Positions 7,643-18,374 of a stretch of DNA of 62,969 nucleotides are shown here, one piece after another. The number at the start of each line of letters is the position of its first letter. Positions within the stretch are counted from its first letter, which is position 1. The DNA is from Bacilli bacterium. Lineage in GTDB: Bacteria > Bacillota_I > Bacilli_A > Izemoplasmatales > Hujiaoplasmataceae. Made by a program: the position numbers and the translations under genes. The notes below the pieces were generated by a model that saw only the letters and a list, made by a program, of their open reading frames with translations, was not told the DNA's origin and searched no databases. The stretch is from NCBI GenBank assembly GCA_016935515.1, contig JAFGQT010000082.1:1-62969 (forward strand), written 5' to 3'.

Positions 7643-9721
7643 TCAAAACTCGACGACTTTTACTTCACCTGCACCTAAATGGAAATAGATCCTGCCGTCA
7701 GGTGCAAAATCATGATAATCCCTGCCCATCTCGTAAGTTGCATAAAGCAATCTTCCCGTCAGATTTCGGTTTTGAGATTTGTCTCTCAATGTTTCTATGC
7801 CGGCATTGCAGTCAACGTCATTGTAAGGATTGCTGTTAGCGGCTACAATCAGGCATTTACCAGTTTTCTTATTGAAGTAGGACACTCCGATTGCCGAGGT
7901 ATCAAACTCGTTGAAATAGAGTGGGACGTAACTCTCAGTGTCCATGAGTTGATCAATCCAATCATTGCGGATGTTTTTGACTCCATCCAAATGATCAGCG
8001 AGCTCCCAACGGTTTTCGTTCAGGTAATGGAAAGCATATTTGTCAAATAAGGCAAGTTTTCCGTAGTACAGATCATCAACTGGAAGTTTGAATTTATCCT
8101 TGTCGGTACAATCGACACCAGTGTTCATCGGCTGGGTCTCATATACTTCTTGCCCGGAGTTGATGAAAGGTACAAGATTTGGCAAAAGCATGTTGAGTAT
8201 CGTCAACATCCGCGCGAGCACTCTTCCGCCATCTCTTCCGGCAATTCTTGCCGTGTCATGGGTTTCGGCGCAGGCGAACATTGGTAGCGCGATATCGATG
8301 GCACCGTAAACGAACTTATGAAGATTTTTTTCCCAAATTCGCGGTTCCATCCAAAATCCATTGCCAATTATGATGTTGTAACCGAGTTTCTTAGCTGTGG
8401 CTGCGTTATCTGGATTGAGTTCTTCGGCGATAAAAGCAAAGTCTGGGTCCTGTTCTTTTGCGCGCGATATGATCATTTGCAAAAGTTCCTTGGGTAAAGC
8501 GTGCCCCATATCGATTCTCGCGCCGTCAATGCCGTAATGCTGTTGATAATACGGGATGATAGATGCCAAAGTCTCCCACAATTCTAAGTTGGGAAGCTTT
8601 CCTGGAAAGAGATTGCTCTTGATCGTGTCGAAGAGAATGTATGGTGGCGTATTCTTATCGGAAAGATATTTGCGTGTTTCGACAGGATGATCAAGAAACA
8701 TCCGGAAAAAAGTAACATCGGTCCATGGCGGTTGGACATCGTTGATGTGATCGGAAAATGCCGGTGCGATTCGCAAATTGAATTCAGAAGCGATCGCATC
8801 AGCGATGTTGTCAGGATCTGCATCCAACAATTTTTGCCATTTCATGGAGTCGATTTCCTTGGGGTTTTTCCGGAACATATGGATATGGCGCAAGACGTCA
8901 TCGGAATCATAGACGGCTTGCATATACTTGGGTTCAGGGGGAATAGTGTTTGGGAGACCTTCAACGTAAGGCACCTTGTAATTTGAGATTGAGTCCGCTT
9001 CGATCCAATAGAACCAATCAGGATGATCTTTGATCAGGTCGTTGGCGATGGCATTGGTTCGGGGAATGATGTCGATCAAGACACGCATGTCAAGTACATG
9101 GCAGGCTTCGACGAAGGCTTTGAATTCATCTTCCACTGTCATGACGTTTCCTGTTAACGGATCTTTCAGATTCGGGTCGAGATCAAAAAAAGAAGCAACA
9201 CCATAAGGCGACCCGAGTTCACCCTTCTTGTTTTCGAGTGAAAACCTTGACAATGGCAACAGATAAATTGTGTCAATTCCGATTTTCTTGATTAGAGGCA
9301 ACAGAGCCAACATCTTGACGAAGGTTCCTGTCTCTTTCATCTTATCGAAATTGGCAATGTCGAGCGAAAACGAACGGTCGTGATCCCAAGCTGAAGAAGA
9401 ACGGATCATAGTCGAATATAACACACTTCTTCTGATCCAGTCTCCGCCAAGTTCATCTTCTTTCAGAGATTGGTTATGAATCTTTGATAATGATTCGCCA
9501 TAGTTCTTCCTTGGCTTCTTGTTGGGTAGGATGAATTTCTCGATAACACGGCAGTAGAAACGGTACGGATTTACAAGCAACTCGTTTGAGGGCAATTTCC
9601 GCATTTCCTCGCCATCGTAATCCCAAGCGTTCCAAAGGTCGGGGACCACATAGTTGATGCAGCCTTGATCGATTTTTCCGGAAAGCACTTTTCTGAGTTT
9701 GGCCAGTTTTGATTCAGCCAT
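7643..9721 (-). CDS. GH13 alpha-amylase-family glycoside hydrolase/transferase, cytoplasmic (692 aa)
   Basis: The GH13 conserved regions are present: GIDTIYLLPL, VLIDIIPRTNA, GARIDMGHALP, FIAEEL, ETHDT. There is no signal peptide. Confidence 0.75.
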   Translation of the reverse strand: MAESKLAKLRKVLSGKIDQGCINYVVPDLWNAWDYDGEEMRKLPSNELLVNPYRFYCRVIEKFILPNKKPRKNYGESLSKIHNQSLKEDELGGDWIRRSVLYSTMIRSSSAWDHDRSFSLDIANFDKMKETGTFVKMLALLPLIKKIGIDTIYLLPLSRFSLENKKGELGSPYGVASFFDLDPNLKDPLTGNVMTVEDEFKAFVEACHVLDMRVLIDIIPRTNAIANDLIKDHPDWFYWIEADSISNYKVPYVEGLPNTIPPEPKYMQAVYDSDDVLRHIHMFRKNPKEIDSMKWQKLLDADPDNIADAIASEFNLRIAPAFSDHINDVQPPWTDVTFFRMFLDHPVETRKYLSDKNTPPYILFDTIKSNLFPGKLPNLELWETLASIIPYYQQHYGIDGARIDMGHALPKELLQMIISRAKEQDPDFAFIAEELNPDNAATAKKLGYNIIIGNGFWMEPRIWEKNLHKFVYGAIDIALPMFACAETHDTARIAGRDGGRVLARMLTILNMLLPNLVPFINSGQEVYETQPMNTGVDCTDKDKFKLPVDDLYYGKLALFDKYAFHYLNENRWELADHLDGVKNIRNDWIDQLMDTESYVPLYFNEFDTSAIGVSYFNKKTGKCLIVAANSNPYNDVDCNAGIETLRDKSQNRNLTGRLLYATYEMGRDYHDFAPDGRIYFHLGAGEVKVVEF

Positions 9722-9862
9722 GTTATCACCTCGATTTCATTATATCAAATCGCACATGATTTGGCTTCTATATTTAAAAGATGTAAAGGTTTACAAACAA
9801 ATCATAATGCTTTCAAAAAGACGCCAATTATAGTATAATAGCACCGGTTAGAGGTGAAATTC

Positions 9863-11383
9863 ATGAAAAAACCTGTAGTGTTGATGATACTTGATGGCAT
9901 GGCCATCAGCGACAAAAATGCTGGCAATGCTTATGAGCTCGCAAACAAGCCACATCTTGATCTTCTTTTCAACGAATTTCCCTGGACGACTATGGACGCT
10001 TCAGGTGAGGCTGTCGGCCTGCCTGAAGGGCAGATGGGCAACAGTGAGGTTGGCCATCTGAACCTTGGAGCCGGCAGAGTCGTTTATCAATCGTTGACGA
10101 GAGTCAATGTAGCGATAAAGGATGGAACATACAAGGATAATCCTGCCTATAATCAGGCTTTTGAGTATGTCAAATCGAATAATTCGAAATTGCATATCTT
10201 CGGATTGCTTTCCGATGGTGGCGTTCACTCACATATCAGGCACATCAAATATTTATTCCGTGTCGCCAAGGAGAAGGGTGTGAGCAGAGCTTTCTTCCAC
10301 GCTTTTCTCGACGGTAGGGACGTTCCACCGCAATCTGCGGTGACCTACATCCTCGATCTGGAAAAGGATATGGCAGAAAACGAGTTTGGAAAAATCGCGA
10401 CAGTATCTGGGCGATATTATGCGATGGATCGCGACAAGAACTGGGACAGAATAAAACTTGCCTACGATGCGATGTCATTTGGCAAAGCCAAGCATTTTGC
10501 TACAGCAGCTTCAGGCGTTGAAGCTTCGTACGCTGAAGGGGTTAATGATGAATTTGTCATACCTTTCGTTGTAGAAACTGAAGGAATGATAAATGATAAC
10601 GATGCGATCATCTTCGCCAATTTCCGACCCGATCGAGCGATTGAGATCGGAACGGCATATTCCAATCCGCAGGCTGCGCCAAAACTCGACACGACGATGG
10701 GGCCGAAGAATATCTTGTTTGTCTCGACTATGAAATATGCAGAGTCTGTCGCTGGACCGGTCGCATTTGATCTTAACGATCTCAAGGACACTTACGGAGA
10801 TTACATTTCCGAACTCGGTTTAAAACAACTGAGAATCGCAGAAACCGAGAAATATGCGCATGTCACTTTCTTCTTCGACGGCGGCGTCGACAAAGAGATC
10901 AAAGGAGCGAAAAGGGTATTGATTCCTTCACCGAAAGTCGCGACCTATGATCTCAAGCCGGAAATGAGCGCATTCGAGATCACTGATGCCGTGATCGAAG
11001 AACTCGACAGCGGTGAATACGATACGGTAATTCTCAACTACGCCAATGGCGATATGGTTGGACACACCGGTGTTATTCCGGCAGCTATCAAAGCGGTTGA
11101 AACCGTAGACCAATGTGTCGGACGTGTCGTTGACAAGATCCTCGAAATGGGTGGTGTTGCTTTGATCACTGCAGATCATGGCAACTGCGAAAAAATGCTG
11201 GACGATAAAGGCAAACCTTTCACAGCCCACACGACGAACAGGGTTTTCCTGATCGTCACCAAGAAAGGCTTGAAACTCAAAGAGGGCGGATCGCTTTGCG
11301 ATATCGCGCCCACGATGTTGGAACTGATGAACTTGTCACAACCTGAAGCGATGACAGGAAAGTCGCTCATCGATCATAACTGA
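9863..11383 (+). CDS. gpmI: 2,3-bisphosphoglycerate-independent phosphoglycerate mutase
   Basis: MILDG...GNSEVGHLNLGAGR (catalytic Ser) and ADHGN motifs are present. The ATG at 9863 has RBS gaggtg; the track start at 9854 is a GTG. Confidence 0.93.
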   Translation: MKKPVVLMILDGMAISDKNAGNAYELANKPHLDLLFNEFPWTTMDASGEAVGLPEGQMGNSEVGHLNLGAGRVVYQSLTRVNVAIKDGTYKDNPAYNQAFEYVKSNNSKLHIFGLLSDGGVHSHIRHIKYLFRVAKEKGVSRAFFHAFLDGRDVPPQSAVTYILDLEKDMAENEFGKIATVSGRYYAMDRDKNWDRIKLAYDAMSFGKAKHFATAASGVEASYAEGVNDEFVIPFVVETEGMINDNDAIIFANFRPDRAIEIGTAYSNPQAAPKLDTTMGPKNILFVSTMKYAESVAGPVAFDLNDLKDTYGDYISELGLKQLRIAETEKYAHVTFFFDGGVDKEIKGAKRVLIPSPKVATYDLKPEMSAFEITDAVIEELDSGEYDTVILNYANGDMVGHTGVIPAAIKAVETVDQCVGRVVDKILEMGGVALITADHGNCEKMLDDKGKPFTAHTTNRVFLIVTKKGLKLKEGGSLCDIAPTMLELMNLSQPEAMTGKSLIDHN

Positions 11384-11415
11384 TTTTATCATCACTGGTG
11401 CCAAACGCTAGATAG

Positions 11416-12735
<1,320 letters not shown>

Positions 12736-12760
12736 TTTCATCAAATCATTGTATCCAAGC

Positions 12761-12788
12761 GTGTCCGCATGATTTGCGGACACGTTTT
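12761..12788 (+). terminator. rho-independent terminator after eno
   Basis: A perfect 9-bp stem pairs gtgtccgca with tgcggacac and is followed by gTTTT. Confidence 0.75.
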
Positions 12789-12931
12789 AATCTTCATATC
12801 GGTATTTGACGCGTTAAAAAAACCCGATAAAAACATATTATTTGGGTCTTCCAAATCTACGTTTTTGTGGTATAATAAGTAAATGCGAACGAACATCGAT
12901 CACATCGATTTATTCTTATAGGAGGTTCATT

Positions 12932-13153
12932 ATGGGTTGGCTAGATTGGCTGTTGTTGTCCGTATCAGTATTATTGATTGCATTGGTAATGTTGCAAGAA
13001 TCAAAAGATGATGTCAAAAACACTTTCTCCGGTGAGAAATCGGAGTTGTTCAAGAATCAGAAACAAAGAGGACCGGAACTCCTGATGGCGAGAATCACCA
13101 TGGGTATGACCGTGGTCTTCGCTGCTCTGGCAATTTTGGCGTTGATCTTTTAG
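12932..13153 (+). CDS. secG: preprotein translocase subunit SecG
   Basis: The 73-aa protein has two TM helices (MGWLDWLLLSVSVLLIALVMLQ...). RBS ggagg lies at 12921. Its position between eno and rnr matches the Firmicute secG-rnr-smpB-ssrA arrangement. The track ORF start at 12842 is an upstream extension. Confidence 0.8.
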   Translation: MGWLDWLLLSVSVLLIALVMLQESKDDVKNTFSGEKSELFKNQKQRGPELLMARITMGMTVVFAALAILALIF

Positions 13154-13178
13154 AACACATTACTGTGTTCTTTTTTTT
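13152..13178 (+). terminator. hairpin/terminator after secG
   Basis: agaacaca-ttac-tgtgttct is followed by T8. The rnr RBS follows within 10 nt, so some read-through is likely. Confidence 0.6.
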
Positions 13179-13197
13179 CGCGAAGGGAGTGTTTTAA

Positions 13198-15267
13198 ATG
13201 CGGGAGAAACTGTTGGCTATCATGACTAGACCAGATTATCGGTTCGCCGATGGTTTTCAGCTTGCCCGCTACCTGAAAGAAAAGGACGGTCGCGCAGTCC
13301 AAGCAGCATTGCTTGAACTGGAAAACGACGGTCTGATAGTCAAGACCAACCAAGGCAAATTTGGATTGGCTGAAGACATGGGCTTTGTTCGCGGGCATCT
13401 GGATCTGAAAGCTGCCGGCTATGGTTTTTTGATCGTAGAGGGCAGGGACAACGACGTTTTTATTCCGGCAAACAGAGTCATGAATGCCATGGATGGAGAT
13501 TATTGCCTGGTAAAGATCAGAAGTCAGAAACGCGACACTCGCACCGAAGGCGAAATCGTTAAGATCATCAAGCGGAATGTTGAGAAAGTAATCGGAGAGT
13601 ATTTCCAAGGCGCAATCTTTTCCAAGAATCAGCCCTCAGGTATCATATACAAGGTTGTTTCTAAACCCAGCGGATTGGTTGATCACAGTTATGTCAGCGC
13701 CAAAATAATCCGTTATTCACGGATTGGAATCCTCGATTGCGAGATTACGGAGATTTTTGGTCACAAGGATGATCCTGGAATCGAGATTATCGAAGTCGTC
13801 AAACGGCTGGACATTCCTTATGATTTTCCAGATTCGGTGCTCCAAGCGGCAGCCATGGTTCCCGAAACTATCCTTGACAGCGATTTCGAAGGCAGGGTCG
13901 ATCTCACAAATGAAATTATTTTCACGATTGATGGAGATGATACCAAAGACATCGACGACGCCATATCGATTTCAAAACTTTCAGATGGGCTCTACGAACT
14001 TGGTGTCCACATCGCCGATGTCAGTCATTATGTAAAACCGGACTCACCACTGGACAAAGAAGCTTATCAAAGAGGTACAAGCGTGTATTTGGCTGACAGA
14101 GTGATACCGATGTTGCCGAGAGCACTGTCGAACGGTATCTGTTCACTTAACCCTGAAGTATCAAGGCTCGCAATCAGTTGTACGATGAAAATCAACAAAA
14201 ATGCCGAAGTAATGGATTATCGCATCTATCCATCTGTTATTAGAAGTATCCAGCAACTGACTTACAAAGAGGCAAATAAAGTCCTTGATGGACAAGAATC
14301 GATCAAGATTAAATCGACGATCATTATCGACAAACTCAAAGTCATGCGCGAACTTGCGGAAATATTAAATCGTGTCAGGATGGAAATCGGTTCTATCGAT
14401 TTTGAGACTATCGAACCGAAAATCATGTTCGATGTCGACGGCAAAGTCAACGACATCGTGGTTCGCGAACGTGGAGTTTCAGAAAGGATCATCGAGGAGT
14501 TCATGCTGGTCGCAAACCAAGTTGTAGCGACGGAGATCGAAAGGAAAAAACTACCGTTCATATACAGGATCCATGAAGAACCAGATGCAGAAAAGCTTAA
14601 ATCACTTTTCCTGTTGGCCAAGGAACTGGGCTATATCGAAAAAATTCCCAAGCGCATCCAGCATCAAGACCTGCAAAAACTCTTGGCTGCTGTAGAGGAC
14701 ACTGAATACGACAAAGTCATCACAATGTTGATGCTTAGGTCGATGGCTAAAGCTAAGTATTCAGAAAGAAATCTAGGTCATTACGGACTTGCTTTCACCG
14801 ATTACACGCACTTTACATCACCGATAAGGCGATATCCGGATTTATTGGTTCACAGGATGTTAAGGAGTTATTTGTTCGCAGATTTTGACGATTCAGTAGT
14901 CAATGAATATGAGAAGCTGCTGCCGGACGCGGCAATATGGACTTCAAAGACAGAACGAAGATCGATGGTTGCCGAACGAGAAATCGATGACATGAAAAAA
15001 GCCGAATTCATGGAAAATAAGATCGGCGAGGAGTTTGAAGCAATCGTTGCTTCGCTCACGAGATTCGGCATGTTTGTCGAACTTCCCAACACCGTTGAAG
15101 GGCTTGTACATCTATCGACATTTCCCGAGGCGATCGAGTATGACGAGGATCGAATGATCTATCTTGGAATTTCCTCTAGAAAAGTGTATAATATAGGTAT
15201 GAAGGTTCGCGTGAAATTGATCAAGGCTGACAGGGTGTCCGGTAAGATCGATTTCGTCCTAGTTTAG
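13198..15267 (+). CDS. rnr: ribonuclease R
   Basis: The RNB catalytic motif FTIDGDDTKDIDDAISI, cold-shock-like N-terminal domains and a C-terminal S1 domain (EFEAIVASLTRFGMFVEL) are all present. Confidence 0.93.
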   Translation: MREKLLAIMTRPDYRFADGFQLARYLKEKDGRAVQAALLELENDGLIVKTNQGKFGLAEDMGFVRGHLDLKAAGYGFLIVEGRDNDVFIPANRVMNAMDGDYCLVKIRSQKRDTRTEGEIVKIIKRNVEKVIGEYFQGAIFSKNQPSGIIYKVVSKPSGLVDHSYVSAKIIRYSRIGILDCEITEIFGHKDDPGIEIIEVVKRLDIPYDFPDSVLQAAAMVPETILDSDFEGRVDLTNEIIFTIDGDDTKDIDDAISISKLSDGLYELGVHIADVSHYVKPDSPLDKEAYQRGTSVYLADRVIPMLPRALSNGICSLNPEVSRLAISCTMKINKNAEVMDYRIYPSVIRSIQQLTYKEANKVLDGQESIKIKSTIIIDKLKVMRELAEILNRVRMEIGSIDFETIEPKIMFDVDGKVNDIVVRERGVSERIIEEFMLVANQVVATEIERKKLPFIYRIHEEPDAEKLKSLFLLAKELGYIEKIPKRIQHQDLQKLLAAVEDTEYDKVITMLMLRSMAKAKYSERNLGHYGLAFTDYTHFTSPIRRYPDLLVHRMLRSYLFADFDDSVVNEYEKLLPDAAIWTSKTERRSMVAEREIDDMKKAEFMENKIGEEFEAIVASLTRFGMFVELPNTVEGLVHLSTFPEAIEYDEDRMIYLGISSRKVYNIGMKVRVKLIKADRVSGKIDFVLV

Positions 15268-15279
15268 GGGGAATTTATC

Positions 15280-15729
15280 ATGAAAGTCATCGTCAACAAC
15301 AAGAAGGTAGCGCATGATTATTTCATCCTCGAGACTTTCGAATGCGGAATTGTGCTGACCGGGACGGAAATCAAATCGATACGCCAAGGCAAGGTCTCAC
15401 TCAACGACAGTTATGCCAGAATCAAGGGTTTTGAGCTATACTTGATCAACATGCACGTATCAAAATACACGCATGGCAATATCTTCAACCATGAAGAAAA
15501 GCGCGAAAGAAAACTATTGATGGAAAAGCGAGAAATCATCAAACTTTCCCTAAGGTTGAAGACCGAAGGTCTAACACTCGTGCCTACAAAAGTGTATTTG
15601 AAAGAAGATCTATGCAAGATCGAACTTGCCTTGTGCAAGGGCAAAAAGCTTTACGACAAGCGCCAAACGGCAAAAGAAGAAGATTCATCACGTCGGCTCG
15701 AAAAGGTTCTCAAGGACTACAAAAGCTGA
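15280..15729 (+). CDS. smpB: SsrA-binding protein SmpB
   Basis: The 149-aa protein has NKKVAHDYFI...GTEIKSIR...KGKKLYDKR motifs and lies immediately upstream of the tmRNA. Confidence 0.95.
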   Translation: MKVIVNNKKVAHDYFILETFECGIVLTGTEIKSIRQGKVSLNDSYARIKGFELYLINMHVSKYTHGNIFNHEEKRERKLLMEKREIIKLSLRLKTEGLTLVPTKVYLKEDLCKIELALCKGKKLYDKRQTAKEEDSSRRLEKVLKDYKS

Positions 15730-15737
15730 CTCTCAAC

Positions 15738-16081
15738 GGGGCTGTTCTGGACTCGACAGGATAGTTCGGGTTTGACAAGCATGCGATCGGCAGATCTAAA
15801 AATGCGCGGTTAAATATAACCGGAAACCCAAATTACAGTTACGCTGCTTAAGAAGAAGTAGCGAATTCAATCCTTCCAGCCTGCGGGTTTGATTGAATTC
15901 CAGTCAGCAGGATAGCGAAATATGTCGCTGTACTAGGCATACGAGCGAGATGAACAGTGCTGGTTGGCAGATAGTTGGTTCTGTGGCAGTCTGTCAACGA
16001 GAAAATCCATGGAACTAAGCATGTAGAAAATCAAATGTCCGGCTGTTTTGGACGGGGGTTCGATTCCCCCCAGCTCCACCA
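15738..16081 (+). ncRNA. ssrA: tmRNA (SsrA), 344 nt with encoded CCA; tag ORF GNPNYSYAA*
   Basis: The 5' end is ggggctgttctggactcgacagg. The 3' end ggacgggggttcgattccccccagctccacca forms the T-arm, acceptor stem and CCA. The ttaaatataac box precedes resume codon GGA at 15822, as in the Bacillus subtilis ssrA as I recall it. Stop TAA lies at 15849-15851. Confidence 0.95.
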
Positions 16082-16114
16082 ATGTTTTATACTCAAGTTT
16101 ATATATATAATAAA

Positions 16115-16161
16115 AGTGCTAATCGTGGCTGTTTTCTGCCGTTATTAGCGCTTTTGTTTTT
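16115..16161 (+). terminator. terminator-like hairpin after ssrA
   Basis: agtgctaat pairs with attagcgct (one mismatch) over a ~20-nt loop and is followed by tttgttttt. Confidence 0.5.
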
Positions 16162-16646
16162 GCTGAAAACACGTGTTTAAATCGTCGTTTTTGACTTTAT
16201 AAAGGACATATACTTATTTTCAGCTATTTCACATTGATCGGATTACGTATTTAGTTTATTCCTTGTTGGACGGGTTTTCGACCAATTGGACGCGGAGTTT
16301 AGATTATGACTTCAAATTTTACTTTTCGCTTCGATTTTTTGAACTTATACCAAAAAGCTGTACTTAGTGTATACTAGTATATATACAGGAGGTATCTCAT
16401 CAGGAGAGACCACTGCAATGAAACACTACTAGCGGCTACAGATAATTGGTGTTTTATTAATTTTGTTAATATTTGGTGGTTATGAACAGAAAATGAGTAA
16501 AATCATGTACAGGCCATCGGCAGGAATTCAACATCTTCTGCATCAGAAATGGCAGCAGAATGCTACAATTTCACTTGTTAATGGTAGCAATATTCTTCCT
16601 TGGATACCAAAGATATGAAAGGCATCTTTATTTTGCATTAATATAC

Positions 16647-16655
16647 TGATATAAT
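16647..16655 (+). promoter_or_regulatory. extended -10 promoter element (TGaTATAAT) for the IclR-family gene
   Basis: tgatataat is an exact TGnTATAAT match about 55 nt upstream of the TTG start and its strong RBS. Confidence 0.5.
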
Positions 16656-16708
16656 ATATTGCGGCTAAAATCTATTGTAGTAACACATTTTGATAGGGAG
16701 GAGGCGGC

Positions 16709-17497
16709 TTGCCAAATTATGGCTTGCTTGATAAACAGATGGACCACAAAAACATGGTACAAAAGACGGTCGATGTCATGCTCTTTTTGTCAAAGAACGC
16801 CCAGGGACAAAACTTGACGGAAATAGCTACTGGAGTGGGCATCCCAAAAACCACGGCATATGACATACTCAAGACTCTGAAAGAAAATGAAATTGTACAT
16901 TATGTCAATACAAGAAAGAAAACATATGGAATTGGTTGCCAAACTTATGCTATCGGCATGACATATCTTAAGACATCAAATCTATTCATGGTTGCACAAC
17001 CTTTCTTGATTGAACTTGCGGATAAGTACCAAAAGACAACGTTCATTGCCAAAAGGCACGGAGCTGAGTTTGCCTTCGTTTACAAATACGAGTCGCCATT
17101 TTCAAAAGTGACAACCGCAAATACGGGTGATCGGAAACCACTTCACTGCGCGTCCATAGGCAAATGTTTTCTGGCGTTTGACCCTGATGCAAAAGATTTG
17201 ATTGACACTATTCCGTTGACGGCACATACCAAGTATACAATTACCAACAGAGATAAACTGCGGGAGAACATCAAGAAGATCATCCACTTGGGTTATGCAT
17301 TTGAACACAGAGAATCTCAGGAACATATGGCTTGCATTGCTGCACCAATATACAACTCCGAAAACTCCATGATTGCGACTATCAGCATGAGTGGGTTGTA
17401 CCAAGAAAAAGAAGACTTGAACTCGCAAGGGGAAGAACTTAAGCAACTGGCAAAGGTGATATCGACACAACTGGGTTATGTGGAGAACTATAAGTGA
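16709..17497 (+). CDS. IclR-family transcriptional regulator (KdgR-like by context)
   Basis: The HTH region is NLTEIATGVGIPKTTAYDILKTLKENEIV, followed by an IclR effector domain. The TTG start is 5 nt after RBS agggaggagg; an alternative ATG lies at 16739. Confidence 0.8.
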   Translation: MPNYGLLDKQMDHKNMVQKTVDVMLFLSKNAQGQNLTEIATGVGIPKTTAYDILKTLKENEIVHYVNTRKKTYGIGCQTYAIGMTYLKTSNLFMVAQPFLIELADKYQKTTFIAKRHGAEFAFVYKYESPFSKVTTANTGDRKPLHCASIGKCFLAFDPDAKDLIDTIPLTAHTKYTITNRDKLRENIKKIIHLGYAFEHRESQEHMACIAAPIYNSENSMIATISMSGLYQEKEDLNSQGEELKQLAKVISTQLGYVENYK

Positions 17498-17522
17498 AGG
17501 CGCTGGCAAGCGCCTTTTTTTT
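17497..17522 (+). terminator. rho-independent terminator after the IclR gene
   Basis: aaggcgc-tggcaa-gcgcctt is followed by a T-run. Confidence 0.8.
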
Positions 17523-17601
17523 CGCAATTACGAACGAAATGTTGCGATTATTCGTAGAAAGGAATAAGGAAAAAAAATAAATAATATTTATACAATAATC
17601 A

Positions 17602-17630
17602 TTGACAAGCATATTTATGAAACCTATAAT
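17602..17630 (+). promoter_or_regulatory. consensus sigma-A promoter of the uronate operon
   Basis: TTGACA (17602-17607), an exact 17-nt spacer and TATAAT (17625-17630). A leader of about 160 nt precedes the first ORF. Confidence 0.7.
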
Positions 17631-17798
17631 TATTCTGGTATGCAAAAAAAAGCGTTTTTATAAAATAGTTTGTCATTTTTCTGCATCGGATCATCGACGA
17701 ATTGTACGAGAAAAAACATGAAAATGAACAGCGGATTACTATACGCAAATACGAATGGTTACCGTGTGTTATTCGGATTTGAGAACTGGAGCGTTTTT

Positions 17799-18374
17799 AT
17801 GAGTTATTCAAAATATCGTTTTGCCGATTTGACCGTTTTTTCGCTTTTGGCACTCTTAACGTCCTTCATCAGTGAATACGCTTATATCAAATTGTCAAAC
17901 CCAATGTTCTATCTTAATTTTGGTTTGCTCATATCAACGATTGCGATTGTCAGATGGAATCATCTTGGTGCCATTACGTATGTTGTTGCTGGCATCCCGA
18001 TGCTCTTAATGAGGACAGTCATAGACGCATATTGGGTACATTTTGGATTCTATGTTGTCGCTAACCTTTTTGTTGGTGGGGCTTGTTTAGTTTTCAAGTT
18101 TATTGACAAACAGAGAATCAGCAGTTCTATTTCACATACTCTGTTATATCTCTTCAGTGCATTTTTATTTGTTGCAATAGCAAAAGGATTTATACTCGCA
18201 ATTTCAGGAGATAACTTTTTAATCTCTGTTTATTCATACTTAGTCGCTGAATTATTCAATATGGTAATCACAGTTATTGCGTTTGTATTTATCAATCGTT
18301 TTGGAAAAGGATTGATTGTTGACATGTATTCTTACATCTTGGATGCTCAGAAGGAGACAATAGTGCATGACTAG
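17799..18374 (+). CDS. small polytopic membrane protein (191 aa, about 5-6 TM), function unknown
   Basis: Track ORF 17670..18374. The ATG at 17799 (MSYSKYRFADLTVF...) has a ggag RBS. It is the first gene of the operon and overlaps the next gene by 8 nt. Confidence 0.55.
   Translation: MSYSKYRFADLTVFSLLALLTSFISEYAYIKLSNPMFYLNFGLLISTIAIVRWNHLGAITYVVAGIPMLLMRTVIDAYWVHFGFYVVANLFVGGACLVFKFIDKQRISSSISHTLLYLFSAFLFVAIAKGFILAISGDNFLISVYSYLVAELFNMVITVIAFVFINRFGKGLIVDMYSYILDAQKETIVHD

Noticed and set aside
12842-12931. Upstream extension of the secG ORF (MGLPNLRFCGII...)
   Set aside because: The start codon is TTG with no RBS. RBS ggagg at 12921 serves the ATG at 12932, which gives a canonical SecG of about 73 aa.
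13150-13608. 152-aa minus-strand ORF
   Set aside because: It is antisense to the well-supported 5' part of rnr. It has no RBS or recognisable motif.
16306-16617. Tiny ORFs in the ssrA-downstream spacer (23 aa at 16306; 41 aa at 16493, MSKIMYRPSAGIQHLL...)
   Set aside because: They have no convincing RBS, no motif and no evidence of conservation. They cannot be supported from sequence alone.
16082-16708. Integrated prophage or genomic island at the tmRNA gene
   Set aside because: No integrase, recombinase or phage gene lies anywhere downstream in the window. Only a weak 14/18 similarity to the tmRNA 3' end exists. It is kept as a low-interest finding, not called as a mobile element.
17670-17798. 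N-terminal 43-codon extension of the first operon ORF (MSFFCIGSSTNC...)
   Set aside because: It has no RBS and a non-membrane, low-quality sequence. The ATG at 17799 has an RBS and starts the hydrophobic protein.
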